Source: Ignavibacteria bacterium | Lineage (GTDB): Bacteria > Bacteroidota > Ignavibacteria > UBA10030 > F1-140-MAGs086 | DNA length: 64,000 nt | Reading direction: 5' to 3' | NCBI GenBank assembly: GCA_016873775.1 | Contig: VGWC01000003.1 | Location: forward strand, 2,486-66,485 | Shown: piece after piece, positions 27,627 through 36,789 of the stretch | Position numbering within the stretch: the first letter of the stretch is position 1 | Layout: each line of letters starts with the position of its first letter | Translations under genes and position numbers: made by a program | The notes under the pieces: model-generated | Databases searched by the model: none | What the model was told of the DNA's origin: nothing | What the model saw: the letters and a program-made list of their open reading frames with translations, nothing else

Positions 27627-28364
27627 TTATTTGAGTTTAAAACGAAAAGGAATGGTTACGTTCACCGCAACGGGACCGTTATTCATCATTGCAGGAGTAA
27701 AAACCCATTTCCATGCGGCTTCGACAGCGGCTTCGTTAAAAATTTCAGCGTCGCTTTTTAAAACAGTAACTTTTTTCGGTTTTCCCTCTTTATCAACCCA
27801 AACTTTAACCCATACTGTTCCTTCCATTCCTGCTTTCAAAGCAATTTCCGGATACGTTGGCTGTGGTTTATTGACTGGTTCTGGTCCTTTTTCGTATGCA
27901 ACGAAATCAGCAGGTTCTATATCTTCCTGAATAGTTATTTCTTCCGGTTCTATTTGTAATTGCGAACCGTTTCCATCTCCTTCATTTCCCAGCACAGGGC
28001 TTTGTAAAGTGCTTAATTCTGTTTGCGTTGCAATTGTTTGTTCGGGACTTACTTCGGCATCGGGAACTGGCACGGGGATTCCAACGGATGGACGAGCAGC
28101 GGGTGCAGAAATAGCAACTTGTGGTGCAGCATCAGCATTTGCGATGGAAGGCGGTGGACCTAAATCGCTGTATTTCATTATGCGTACGGTGTAAATCGGT
28201 TCTTCTTCTTCTTGTAAATACAGAACGAAGAAGTACAGTCCAATAAGCGCAAAATGAAGTAAGAGAGAAATTGCTAACGCCCACGAAGCATATTTCCGAT
28301 ATAATTTTTGAAATGCTGCGTGTCCTCGTGGTGCAAAATCTATGGCAAGTGTTTCTGCTGACAT
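27627..28364 (-). CDS. tonB: Energy transducer TonB-family protein
   Basis: N-terminal TM, Pro/Glu-rich linker, C-terminal TonB domain (GTVWVKVWVDKEGKPKKVTVLKSDAEIFNEAAVEAAWKWVFTPA). Confidence 0.8.
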   Translation of the reverse strand: MSAETLAIDFAPRGHAAFQKLYRKYASWALAISLLLHFALIGLYFFVLYLQEEEEPIYTVRIMKYSDLGPPPSIANADAAPQVAISAPAARPSVGIPVPVPDAEVSPEQTIATQTELSTLQSPVLGNEGDGNGSQLQIEPEEITIQEDIEPADFVAYEKGPEPVNKPQPTYPEIALKAGMEGTVWVKVWVDKEGKPKKVTVLKSDAEIFNEAAVEAAWKWVFTPAMMNNGPVAVNVTIPFRFKLK

Positions 28365-28384
28365 ATAAATTTCCTTTCAGACTA

Positions 28385-28879
28385 TTATTGTACTTGACTG
28401 AGCGCTTTCAAATCTTCTTCGAGTAACGGCGCAATGCTGAAACGGGTAATTTCTGCTACATTGAGTTCATCAATAAGGTCAACCATCATTTTAAATTTTC
28501 CTTTTCTATCAACTTTTATGAGCGTGATAAGTTTCGGATTTGCTTTTGACGATTGGCGAAGAAATTTATTGAGTTCATTGAAAACAATTTTTTCAGGAAT
28601 ATCAACACCGAAATTCTTGAATATAGTTCCGTCGTCTTTTACTCGAATTGTCAGTAAATTGCTTTGTGCAACTTCTATTTTTGCTTCTCCTGGAGGAAGA
28701 TTGATTTCCATCGTTTGAGGTTTCGACATTGTTGTTGTGAGCATAAAAAACGTCAACAACAAAAACGCAACATCCACCATCGGTGTCATATCTAATCGAA
28801 CACCAAGACGATGTTTCTTTTTATGTTTTTTCTTTTTCTTATCGTGTCCTCGCGGTGAAGGAGTGTCAACTGCTGCCAT
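28385..28879 (-). CDS. exbD: Biopolymer transport protein ExbD/TolR
   Basis: LDMTPMVDVAFLLLTFFMLTT signature. Confidence 0.8.
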   Translation of the reverse strand: MAAVDTPSPRGHDKKKKKHKKKHRLGVRLDMTPMVDVAFLLLTFFMLTTTMSKPQTMEINLPPGEAKIEVAQSNLLTIRVKDDGTIFKNFGVDIPEKIVFNELNKFLRQSSKANPKLITLIKVDRKGKFKMMVDLIDELNVAEITRFSIAPLLEEDLKALSQVQ

Positions 28880-28893
28880 TATGTTTTACTTTG

Positions 28894-29424
28894 TTAATTC
28901 TTTTCTAAATCAGTTACTAAATTAAAGCGCGTGATATTTGTTTTTTGTAAAATATCCATAACGTCTTGAGTAACACCGTATTCAGCATCTTGGTCTCCTT
29001 TAATAATCGTGCGAAGTTTAGGATTGGCAGTTCGTGCTTTTATCAGAAGGTTCGGGAGTTCATCTTTTGTAACTTCAAAACTTGGAGCAAGTGTCGCCAT
29101 ATTTTCCGGGGTGAGATAACGTTTTTTTAATTCATTCGGGAAATTATTCCAACGATTATTTACAAATTCAGAAAAAACTTTTTGTCGTACACGTTGAGCG
29201 TCAACACCTAAAAAAATTCTGCTGTCTTTGTCAATGGAAACAGTCATAACATCTATTTCAGGAAGTTTAATGACAGAATGGGACGTTGGAATATCAACTT
29301 GAATATCTTCCGGAGGACGAAATTGTGTGGTCAACATAAAAAAAGTTAATAGTAAAAATGCAACATCCACCATTGGAGTCATATCAAGTTTTACGCCAAT
29401 GCGTGCTTTCTTGATTTTTGGCAT
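28894..29424 (-). CDS. exbD: Biopolymer transport protein ExbD/TolR (second copy)
   Basis: KLDMTPMVDVAFLLLTFFMLTTQF signature. Confidence 0.8.
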   Translation of the reverse strand: MPKIKKARIGVKLDMTPMVDVAFLLLTFFMLTTQFRPPEDIQVDIPTSHSVIKLPEIDVMTVSIDKDSRIFLGVDAQRVRQKVFSEFVNNRWNNFPNELKKRYLTPENMATLAPSFEVTKDELPNLLIKARTANPKLRTIIKGDQDAEYGVTQDVMDILQKTNITRFNLVTDLEKN

Positions 29425-29433
29425 ACAGTACGG

Positions 29434-30186
29434 TTAATTAGACGTGGATTTTGAATTTAATGTTTGCGTAACATTGTAACTTGCTTCGTCAAGCATATAC
29501 GTAAAGTTATCAACTTTATTAACAAAGAAATTGTAAGCAATGATTGCTGCTATGGCACAAATGAGCCCTCCAGCAGTGTTAATCAATGCTTCAGAAATTC
29601 CAATGGATAACTGTATTGCATCCGGTGCGCCGGAACGAGCCATTGCAGCGAACGAGCGAATCATTCCGATAGTTGTTCCGAGCAAACCTACCATTGTCGC
29701 TATGGAAGCAATCGTAGAAATTGCCAACAAATTTTTTTCCAAGAGCGGCATTTCTAACATCGTGGCTTCTTCAATTGCACGTTGAACTTCTTGCATTTTC
29801 TTTTCCGCGTCGTGCTTATCAGAAATTGAAATGAATTGGTAGCGTTCTAAACCTGCACGAATGATGTTTGCCATTACGCCGCGTTGTTTGTTACAGAGTT
29901 CGATTGCGGCATCTATATTTCCGTTCGATAATTCTGTTTGGGTTTGCTTTAAGTAATCAACAAGTGAACCTTTTCCTTGTGCCTTCGAAAGCGAAAATAA
30001 TCTTTCAAAAATATAAGTGATAACCATTATTGTCAATGTCATCAGCATAATAACAAGAAGTCCTCCTTGATAGATATTATGAAGCATTGTTTTTTCTTCA
30101 GCCGCTCCCATAATTCCAAAATAGATGTATGAAGAAGCGCCGCAGGATACGACAAGTAAAATTATAATAAACAACGATTGTTTCAT
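29434..30186 (-). CDS. exbB: MotA/TolQ/ExbB proton-channel protein
   Basis: Start taken at ATG 30186 (MKQSLFIIILLVV, ggaga upstream). C-terminal LSIGISEALINTAGGLICAIAAIIAYNFF typical of ExbB/TolQ. Confidence 0.8.
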   Translation of the reverse strand: MKQSLFIIILLVVSCGASSYIYFGIMGAAEEKTMLHNIYQGGLLVIMLMTLTIMVITYIFERLFSLSKAQGKGSLVDYLKQTQTELSNGNIDAAIELCNKQRGVMANIIRAGLERYQFISISDKHDAEKKMQEVQRAIEEATMLEMPLLEKNLLAISTIASIATMVGLLGTTIGMIRSFAAMARSGAPDAIQLSIGISEALINTAGGLICAIAAIIAYNFFVNKVDNFTYMLDEASYNVTQTLNSKSTSN

Positions 30187-30323
30187 CTGAATGATTTCTC
30201 CGAAAGATAAGTTACAAAATATTATTAATGTTATGTATAAAAAGAAAAAAATACCGCAAGATTTTAATGCGGTAATTTTTTTCGGCGAAAAAATATGAAA
30301 TAAAATGAAAACAACAAACAAAC

Positions 30324-30396
30324 GTTTTTGAAAAACTTATACGATAATTTTCTTTCAGAGTTTTTTTTTATCTTTTGCGCACAGTTTTTCAAAAAC
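30324..30396. promoter_or_regulatory. Pair of GTTTTT-N-AAAAAC palindromes in the exbB / STAS divergent intergenic region
   Basis: gtttttgaaaaac (30324-30336) and its exact reverse complement gtttttcaaaaac (30384-30396), centres 60 bp apart. Confidence 0.3.
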
Positions 30397-30419
30397 ACTA
30401 ACAACGAAGCATCATAACA

Positions 30420-30758
30420 ATGCAGATTAAAGAAAAATTTTTTGATGATATTGCCATGATTTCATTGAAAGGAAATCTAATCGGTGGCGAAGAAACGCTC
30501 CAACTTCAAGAAAAAATCCGAAGTTTATTAGCCGACGGAATGAAAAAAATAGTAATTGATTTAAAAGGAACCAACTGGATGAACAGTTCCGGACTTGGTG
30601 CGCTCATCTCCGCGTACACTTCTTCAACAAATCAAGGAGCGGATTTACGCCTTGCCAATCTTTCTGAAAAAGTGCATAACCTTTTTGTTATCACGAAACT
30701 TCTTAAAGTTTTTAAAGTGTTTGAATCAACAGAACGCGCTGTTGCAAGTTTTAAGTAA
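30420..30758 (+). CDS. STAS-domain anti-sigma-factor antagonist
   Basis: 112 aa. IDLKGTNWMNSSGLGALISAY block typical of the SpoIIAA/RsbV family. Confidence 0.75.
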   Translation: MQIKEKFFDDIAMISLKGNLIGGEETLQLQEKIRSLLADGMKKIVIDLKGTNWMNSSGLGALISAYTSSTNQGADLRLANLSEKVHNLFVITKLLKVFKVFESTERAVASFK

Positions 30759-30798
30759 TTGCAGTTTTCTCAACTATTATATATTAAGGATAACTAAA

Positions 30799-33135
30799 AT
30801 GCAGAAAAAATTCTGTCTTTCTCTTTTGTTTTTATTCATACTCGTGCATTTTTCATCATTAGCACAAGTCAACGATATTTTGATTGTCAATGACAATGCG
30901 AATTCCGCTTCTGCGCAATTAATAAAACGAGCATTGCTCGATTTAGGAATTTCAGTTGACCTTGTTTCGTTTTCATCTCATAATTCAGCAATCTACAACG
31001 ATTACAAGTTGGTAATTTGGTCTGCAGGAAGTAATGGAGCGGGAACAATTTTCAATGATGGCAATAAACGGAACGCATTGCTTCAACGCGCACTTTCCGA
31101 AAAAAAAGTTTGGGTTGAAGGCGGCGAAGTTGGTTCACGATACCAACTTCATCCCGATTCAAATTTCCGAAGAAAAGTTTTACACATCAGAGACGGAGGA
31201 TGGGTGAATGATGCAACGAACAATCCACTCTTATTCACTATTGCTAATCATCGAATTTACAATACGCCGTACGTTTTAACACAGCCGATAATATTCAAAA
31301 CTCCTGCTGCTACAACAGATCGAGATTTATTACGACTTATTCCTAACGATGAAGGAAGAAAAAAAGTCGGCGGATTTACTGCAGATACATTGCAGATGGC
31401 AATAAACACTTGGTCATCAAGTCCGAATCCGGCGACTTCGCATACGCTTTTTACTTCGTTCAGTTTTAATGCAATTGAAGATTCTCTTATTGCCAAAAAT
31501 CTTATACAGAACATTGGAATGTTTTTACTTACTTTGGATAATACTCCTCAAGTTCTTTTGATGAATCCGCGTGATGAAGAAATTTGGCAAGCGGGAACTT
31601 CGCAAATTATTCGCTGGGCTAAAAACAAAATTACACACGTTAAACTTGAATATAAATTACGCGGAGAAGCAGATTGGACGTTGATTGCAGATTCCGTTCC
31701 TGCTTATCAAAAAGACGAAAACGGAAATGTTCGAATCGAATTAGATGAAACAGGAAATTTTTGGGGAAATTATCAATGGACCGTTCCTACAGTTGATACA
31801 TCCGCTTTTATACGAATTTCCGATGTAGAAAGTCCCGGTTTATATTCACAAAATAGTTTTCCTTTTTATATTACCTTGCAGCCACCACCGAATTGGAATA
31901 TCCGAAAACCAATTACAACTCCTCAAGGTCGGTTAATGTCAACATATTTTGAACTTCACGATACGGGATTCGTCTATTGTTTTGGTGGAGGAGAGAATGC
32001 CGGTTCTAATTTAAATCAACGCTTTACACCTGTTACAGGTACGTGGGAACAGAAAACTCCAATGCCTATCAAAGCATCTTCAGGAGGGGCAGTTACCGTT
32101 GATAGTAAAATCTATGTTATAGGCGGATACAACAATGTGAATTTTACTTTAAATAAAGTGCAGATTTACAGACCTTCAACCGATGAATGGACAGAAGGAG
32201 CGCCAATGCCTGAACCGGTAAAAGCGGATTTTGGAATTTCCGTTTATAACGATAGTCTCATTTATATTTTTGGCGGCGATACGGGAACGTTTAACGGTTC
32301 GAAACCGGTCAACAATGTTCGTATTTATAATCCCGACGAAGATACGTGGACGGATGCAACACCGCTCCCTATTGCGCGAGCAATGTGCGCCGCAGGAATC
32401 TATAACAACACCATTCTTGTCGTTGGAAGTTATGACCGAAGTCGTTTTATGACTACGGATACAATTTTTAAAGGAATCATCAATCCTTCCAATCCTTCGG
32501 AAATTACATGGACACATTCGTTTTTCCCTGATGGAGCGATTGCGCGACCAAGCGCGGCTTCTACAAAATTAGGAATTATTTTTGTTGGAGGTGATTCAGG
32601 ATTTAGCAGTAATTATCGCGGCTCTACATTTCTGAGTTTGTTCAACGAAGAAGGCAACGTACGAAAATGGTTTCCGCTTAATTCAATGCCAACTCGAAGA
32701 ACCAATATGGGAACGTCGCTTGCAACAAACGGTTTCGATTCTGTTTGGGCGATTGGAGGATTTGCCAATGGAGTTCAGTTGAATACGAATGAAGTGTTAT
32801 ACATTCCGGATACGTTGAAAATTAACAGAACGTTGGATTTTACCAATGCAATTCCTGAAGCGTATCATTTGTATCAAAACTATCCGAATCCATTTAACCC
32901 GATTACATCCATTCGATTTGAATTACAATCCTCCGGCTCAGTTACTTTAAAAGTATATAATATAATCGGACAAGAAATGATTACTCTTGTGAATAATAAT
33001 CTTGAACTAGGAGTCTACGAAACAAAATTTGATGCGTCGCAAATTCCTTCAGGAGTATATTTTTATCGTTTAAATGTTGTTGGTAATAACGGAAAAATAT
33101 ATTCCGAAACGAAGAAGATGGTTTTATTGAAGTAG
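30799..33135 (+). CDS. T9SS cargo protein with Kelch-type beta-propeller repeats and C-terminal sorting domain
   Basis: Start at ATG 30799 (MQKKFCLSLLFLFILVHFSSLAQ). Kelch-like VYCFGGGE, IYVIGGYNN, IYIFGGDTG, WAIGGFANG. CTD YQNYPNPFNPITSIRFEL...SGVYFYRLNV. Confidence 0.75.
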   Translation: MQKKFCLSLLFLFILVHFSSLAQVNDILIVNDNANSASAQLIKRALLDLGISVDLVSFSSHNSAIYNDYKLVIWSAGSNGAGTIFNDGNKRNALLQRALSEKKVWVEGGEVGSRYQLHPDSNFRRKVLHIRDGGWVNDATNNPLLFTIANHRIYNTPYVLTQPIIFKTPAATTDRDLLRLIPNDEGRKKVGGFTADTLQMAINTWSSSPNPATSHTLFTSFSFNAIEDSLIAKNLIQNIGMFLLTLDNTPQVLLMNPRDEEIWQAGTSQIIRWAKNKITHVKLEYKLRGEADWTLIADSVPAYQKDENGNVRIELDETGNFWGNYQWTVPTVDTSAFIRISDVESPGLYSQNSFPFYITLQPPPNWNIRKPITTPQGRLMSTYFELHDTGFVYCFGGGENAGSNLNQRFTPVTGTWEQKTPMPIKASSGGAVTVDSKIYVIGGYNNVNFTLNKVQIYRPSTDEWTEGAPMPEPVKADFGISVYNDSLIYIFGGDTGTFNGSKPVNNVRIYNPDEDTWTDATPLPIARAMCAAGIYNNTILVVGSYDRSRFMTTDTIFKGIINPSNPSEITWTHSFFPDGAIARPSAASTKLGIIFVGGDSGFSSNYRGSTFLSLFNEEGNVRKWFPLNSMPTRRTNMGTSLATNGFDSVWAIGGFANGVQLNTNEVLYIPDTLKINRTLDFTNAIPEAYHLYQNYPNPFNPITSIRFELQSSGSVTLKVYNIIGQEMITLVNNNLELGVYETKFDASQIPSGVYFYRLNVVGNNGKIYSETKKMVLLK

Positions 33136-33149
33136 AGTTATTAATGATG

Positions 33150-33190
33150 AAACGGCTCTATGAAAATTTCATCGAGCCGTTTTTGTTTTT
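33150..33190 (+). terminator. Rho-independent terminator
   Basis: aaacggctc / gagccgttt stem (33150-33158 / 33174-33182) with inner atgaaa/tttcat pairing, followed by a T-rich run. Confidence 0.6.
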
Positions 33191-33279
33191 AAATTGACTG
33201 AAAGAATTTCTACTTTTACCACGCATTTTTTAAAACCGAAAAATGAACACCACTTTGAAAGTGGTGTCCATTTACTAAT

Positions 33280-35031
33280 ATGACCAAAACCGACGTTGCA
33301 AATATTCTCGATGAAATCGGAACGCTGTTTGAACTGAAAGGCGAAAATAAATTCAAGTGCATTGCTTTTCATAATGTTGCGCGAACAATTTCCGCTCTCA
33401 CGTTAGATTTGAACACGCTCGTCTCCGAAGGAAAACTCACCGAAATAAAAGGTGTGGGAAAATCCATCGCGCAAGACATTACCGAACTCGTTACAACGGG
33501 AAAATTGAAATTCTACGAAGAGTTGAAAAATTTTTTTCCTCCGGGAATTACCGACTTGCTTCGCATTCAAGGAATGGGACCGAAGAAAGTAAAAATTCTC
33601 TGGGAGAAACTTGGCATTGCATCGCTCCAACAACTGAAAGAAGCGTGCGAGCAGCATAAACTTGCAACGCTCGAAGGTTTTGGCGCGAAGACGGAAGAAA
33701 ATATTTTGAACGGACTTGCAATGCTCGATAAAGTTGCGGACAAACATTTATACAGCGATGCGTTGCAATCTGCTGAACCCGTGTTGGAATTTTTGAAAAC
33801 TCAAAAAGGTGTTTCGCGCGCAGAAGTTGCCGGAAGTTTGCGGAGGAAAAAAGAAATCATCGGTGATATTGATATTCTCGTGAGCGCAAAAAAATCAAAT
33901 GTTGAAATAATTATGGAGGCGTTTACCTCGCACGAAAACGTTCAGCAAGTGTTGGGAAAAGGCGAAACGAAATCGAGTGTGTTGTTGAAGAGCAATATCC
34001 AATGCGATGTGCGTGTGGTTGACGATTCGGAATTTCCGTTTGCGCTTGCGTATTTTACCGGAAGCAAAGAACACAACGTTGAAATGCGAACACGCGCAAA
34101 ACAATTCGGTTGGAGTTTGAATGAATACGGTTTTTCAAAATTAGAAAGCGATGAACACCGCGGCAAAGCAAAACAGGTAATCAAATGCAAAAACGAAGAG
34201 GATATTTTCAACGCGCTTGAGTTGCAATACATTCCTCCAGAGTTACGCGAGAACAACAATGAAATTGAATTTGCAGTGAAAAATAATATTCCGACATTGC
34301 TTGAAGAAAAAGATTTGCGCGGAACGTTTCATTGCCACACGACGTACAGCGACGGAAAAAATTCTCTCGAAGAAATGATTGAAGCCGCTCGCAAACTTGG
34401 CTTTGAATATTTCGGAATTGCTGACCATTCCAAAGTTGCCGCGTATGCAAATGGATTAACGCCACAACGTGTAAAACAACAGCACAAACATATTGACGAA
34501 GTGCAAAAGAAATTTTCCGAAATAAAAATTTTCAAAGGAACGGAAGTTGATATTTTAAAAGATGGCTCGCTCGATTTCGATGACAAAACGCTTGCAACGT
34601 TCGATTACGTTGTCGCGTCGGTACATTCCGTTTTCAAAATGAGTGAAGAAGAAATGACGAAACGCATAGTCAAAGCATTGAAGAACAAATACGTTACGTT
34701 TCTCGGACATTCGACGGGACGATTGTTAATGCAGCGCGATGGTTATCCGTTGAACACGAAAGAAGTGATTGACGTTGCGAGCGATTACGGAAAAGGAATT
34801 GAAATCAACGCTCATCCCGTGCGCTTGGATTTGGATTGGCGTTGGTGCAGATATGCGAAAGAAAAAGGCGTGAAGATTCCCATCAATCCCGACGCACATT
34901 CAACGGAAGAAATTTTGCTTGTGAAATACGGAGTGAACGTTGCGCGCAAAGGTTGGCTCGAAAAGAAAGATGTCGTGAATGCGTGGAATGTGAAAGAAGT
35001 AGAAAAATTTTTTTTATCAACTCGGAAGTAA
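33280..35031 (+). CDS. polX: DNA polymerase/3'-5' exonuclease PolX (family X polymerase + PHP domain)
   Basis: HhH N-terminus (FKCIAFHNVARTI, IKGVGKSIAQDI), Pol-beta core (GSLRRKKEIIGDIDILV), PHP domain (GTFHCHTTYSDG, IADHS). Confidence 0.85.
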   Translation: MTKTDVANILDEIGTLFELKGENKFKCIAFHNVARTISALTLDLNTLVSEGKLTEIKGVGKSIAQDITELVTTGKLKFYEELKNFFPPGITDLLRIQGMGPKKVKILWEKLGIASLQQLKEACEQHKLATLEGFGAKTEENILNGLAMLDKVADKHLYSDALQSAEPVLEFLKTQKGVSRAEVAGSLRRKKEIIGDIDILVSAKKSNVEIIMEAFTSHENVQQVLGKGETKSSVLLKSNIQCDVRVVDDSEFPFALAYFTGSKEHNVEMRTRAKQFGWSLNEYGFSKLESDEHRGKAKQVIKCKNEEDIFNALELQYIPPELRENNNEIEFAVKNNIPTLLEEKDLRGTFHCHTTYSDGKNSLEEMIEAARKLGFEYFGIADHSKVAAYANGLTPQRVKQQHKHIDEVQKKFSEIKIFKGTEVDILKDGSLDFDDKTLATFDYVVASVHSVFKMSEEEMTKRIVKALKNKYVTFLGHSTGRLLMQRDGYPLNTKEVIDVASDYGKGIEINAHPVRLDLDWRWCRYAKEKGVKIPINPDAHSTEEILLVKYGVNVARKGWLEKKDVVNAWNVKEVEKFFLSTRK

Positions 35032-35033
35032 TA

Positions 35034-35283
35034 TCTCACGCAAAGACGCAGAGTCGCAAAAGATGTTTTGTGAAAGATTTATGCTTGATGAAAATGTAAA
35101 ATTAGATTTTTAAGATAAAGTTTTTTAAAGCCGCTAATTTATAAAATTTCTTAGCGTAACTTTGCATTGACCTTTGCGAAACTCTGCGGTTAAATGAAAG
35201 TGTTTTTTTACCGCAAAGGAACACAGAGTTAGCGCAGAGTAACGCAAAATAATTTCTTTGCATTTTAGCGTCTTTGCGTGAGA
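35034..35283. mobile_element. MITE-like 250-bp non-coding element with perfect 16-bp terminal inverted repeats
   Basis: tctcacgcaaagacgc (35034-35049) and gcgtctttgcgtgaga (35268-35283). Internal ctgcggttaaa...ttaccgcaaag hairpin core. No ORF. Begins 3 nt after the polX stop and ends 20 nt before the next ATG. Confidence 0.6.
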
Positions 35284-35302
35284 AAAAAAAATAAATAATT
35301 TT

Positions 35303-35944
35303 ATGCGACCAAACCTTTTCGGAATTTTACTTGTAACATTCGGATTTCTTTTTCTTCTCGACAATTTGGGAATGATTGAGTTCGGTGATTTTATGCATCG
35401 CTTTTGGCCCCTCATTCTCATTCTCATCGGATTGAGTTTGATTTTCCGAAGCCGCAACAAACCGCACGATGTTACGCAGCAAGCGCAACAACCATCGTAT
35501 CAAAGCGCAACTATTCCACCGCCGCAACCGCAAACGCATCAAACGTATTCGCAACCATCGTATGCAACGTCGAATGTTGATATGCTCAATGTTTCGGAAG
35601 TGTTTGGCGAACTGCGGCTCGATATTGTTTCACAAAATTTTCGCGGAGGAAGAGTTTCCAACGTGTTCGGCGAAGTGCGGATTGATTTGACGAAAACAAT
35701 TCTTGCCGACGGCGATTCCGTTATTGATATATCAGCGGTTTTTGGCGATATCGTATTGTTAGTTCCGCGTGAAATGGCATTTTCAATCCAAGCGAATGTT
35801 TCGGTTGGTGATATTCGTGTGTTCGATATGAAACGCGATGGATTATTTTGCAAACTCAATTACAAAACTGCAAACTTAGATTCTTCGCCGAAACGATTGC
35901 ACATTGTTACGTCGTCAGTGTTTGGTGAATGTAAGGTTTGGTAA
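35303..35944 (+). CDS. LiaF-like cell-envelope stress protein (TM N-terminus, Q/P-rich linker, LiaF/DUF2154-like C-terminal domain)
   Basis: Two N-terminal TMs. Repeated VFGE(L/V)R(L/I)D and AVFGDIVLLVPRE blocks typical of the LiaF C-terminal domain. Confidence 0.55.
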   Translation: MRPNLFGILLVTFGFLFLLDNLGMIEFGDFMHRFWPLILILIGLSLIFRSRNKPHDVTQQAQQPSYQSATIPPPQPQTHQTYSQPSYATSNVDMLNVSEVFGELRLDIVSQNFRGGRVSNVFGEVRIDLTKTILADGDSVIDISAVFGDIVLLVPREMAFSIQANVSVGDIRVFDMKRDGLFCKLNYKTANLDSSPKRLHIVTSSVFGECKVW

Positions 35945-36032
35945 TTTATTATTCGTTATTAGCGTTTTCTTTTCTCATTTTTCCAAATAACAATTATCAA
36001 CTAACGAATAACTTTTTGAAAGTTTAGCGTAA

Positions 36033-36674
36033 ATGAAAGACAAATCGAAAATAGTGAGCACAATAATTTCTCGTCTCCAAAAAGAATTTCCCGATGCGAA
36101 ATGCGCATTGGAACACGAAACGCCGCATCAACTTTTGGTTTCGACAATTCTTTCTGCGCAATGCACCGATGCGCGGGTGAATATGGTAACGCCGTCGTTG
36201 TTCGAGAAATACAAAACGGTGAAAGATTTTGCTTCGGCGAATCAAAGCGAATTGGAAAAAGAAATTTACTCAACGGGATTTTACAAGAACAAAGCAAAAG
36301 CAATTATCGCGTCTTCAAAAACATTGCTCAAAAAATTTCACGGCAACATTCCGAACACAGTCGAAGAATTGACTTCGCTTCCCGGCGTTGGAAGAAAAAC
36401 TGCAAACGTCGTGCTGGGAACTGCATTCAATATCGCAACGGGAATAGTTGTTGATACACACGTTTCGCGTTTATCGCAGCGACTTGGTTTTACTAAACAA
36501 ACCAACGCAGAAAAAATCGAAGAAGATTTAATGAAACTTATTCCGAAGAAACATTGGATTATGTTTTCGCATTGGCTCATTCTCCACGGAAGAAAAACGT
36601 GCGATGCAAGAAAACCAAAATGTAATGCTTGCGTGTTGAATGATGTTTGTCCGAGTGTAAATAAATTTTCTTAA
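36033..36674 (+). CDS. nth: Endonuclease III
   Basis: LVSTILSAQCTD, LPGVGRKTANVVLG (HhH-GPD), C-terminal 4Fe-4S cluster cysteines C..C..C. Confidence 0.9.
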   Translation: MKDKSKIVSTIISRLQKEFPDAKCALEHETPHQLLVSTILSAQCTDARVNMVTPSLFEKYKTVKDFASANQSELEKEIYSTGFYKNKAKAIIASSKTLLKKFHGNIPNTVEELTSLPGVGRKTANVVLGTAFNIATGIVVDTHVSRLSQRLGFTKQTNAEKIEEDLMKLIPKKHWIMFSHWLILHGRKTCDARKPKCNACVLNDVCPSVNKFS

Positions 36675-36683
36675 AATAGTTAA

Positions 36684-36788
36684 GGACTCGAGGATTCAAG
36701 CGGTCAAGTGAATTTAAATTATATTACTCGAATCCTCGACCACTTGAATCCTTGAACCCGAATCTTAAATCTAAATTCTAAAATCTAA
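36684..36788. repeat. Heptamer-phased, partly palindromic repeat array (15 units) filling the nth-bshB1 spacer
   Basis: ggactcg|aggattc|aagcggt|caagtga|atttaaa|ttatatt|actcgaa|tcctcga|ccacttg|aatcctt|gaacccg|aatctta|aatctaa|attctaa|aatctaa. ggattcaagcggtc pairs with gaccacttgaatcc. Confidence 0.75.
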
Positions 36789-36789
36789 A

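Noticed and set aside
30595-30798. ORF-track N-terminal extension of the Kelch/T9SS protein overlapping the STAS gene
   Set aside because: The extension overlaps the STAS gene (30420-30758) in another frame and encodes no recognisable sequence. A clean ATG with signal peptide (MQKKFCLSLLFLFILVHFSSLAQ) is at 30799.
36726-36745. tRNA-like T-arm word (ctcgaatcctcg) suggesting a tRNA gene or fragment
   Set aside because: No acceptor stem, D-arm or anticodon arm can be drawn around it. The word is part of the heptamer/palindromic array between nth and bshB1.
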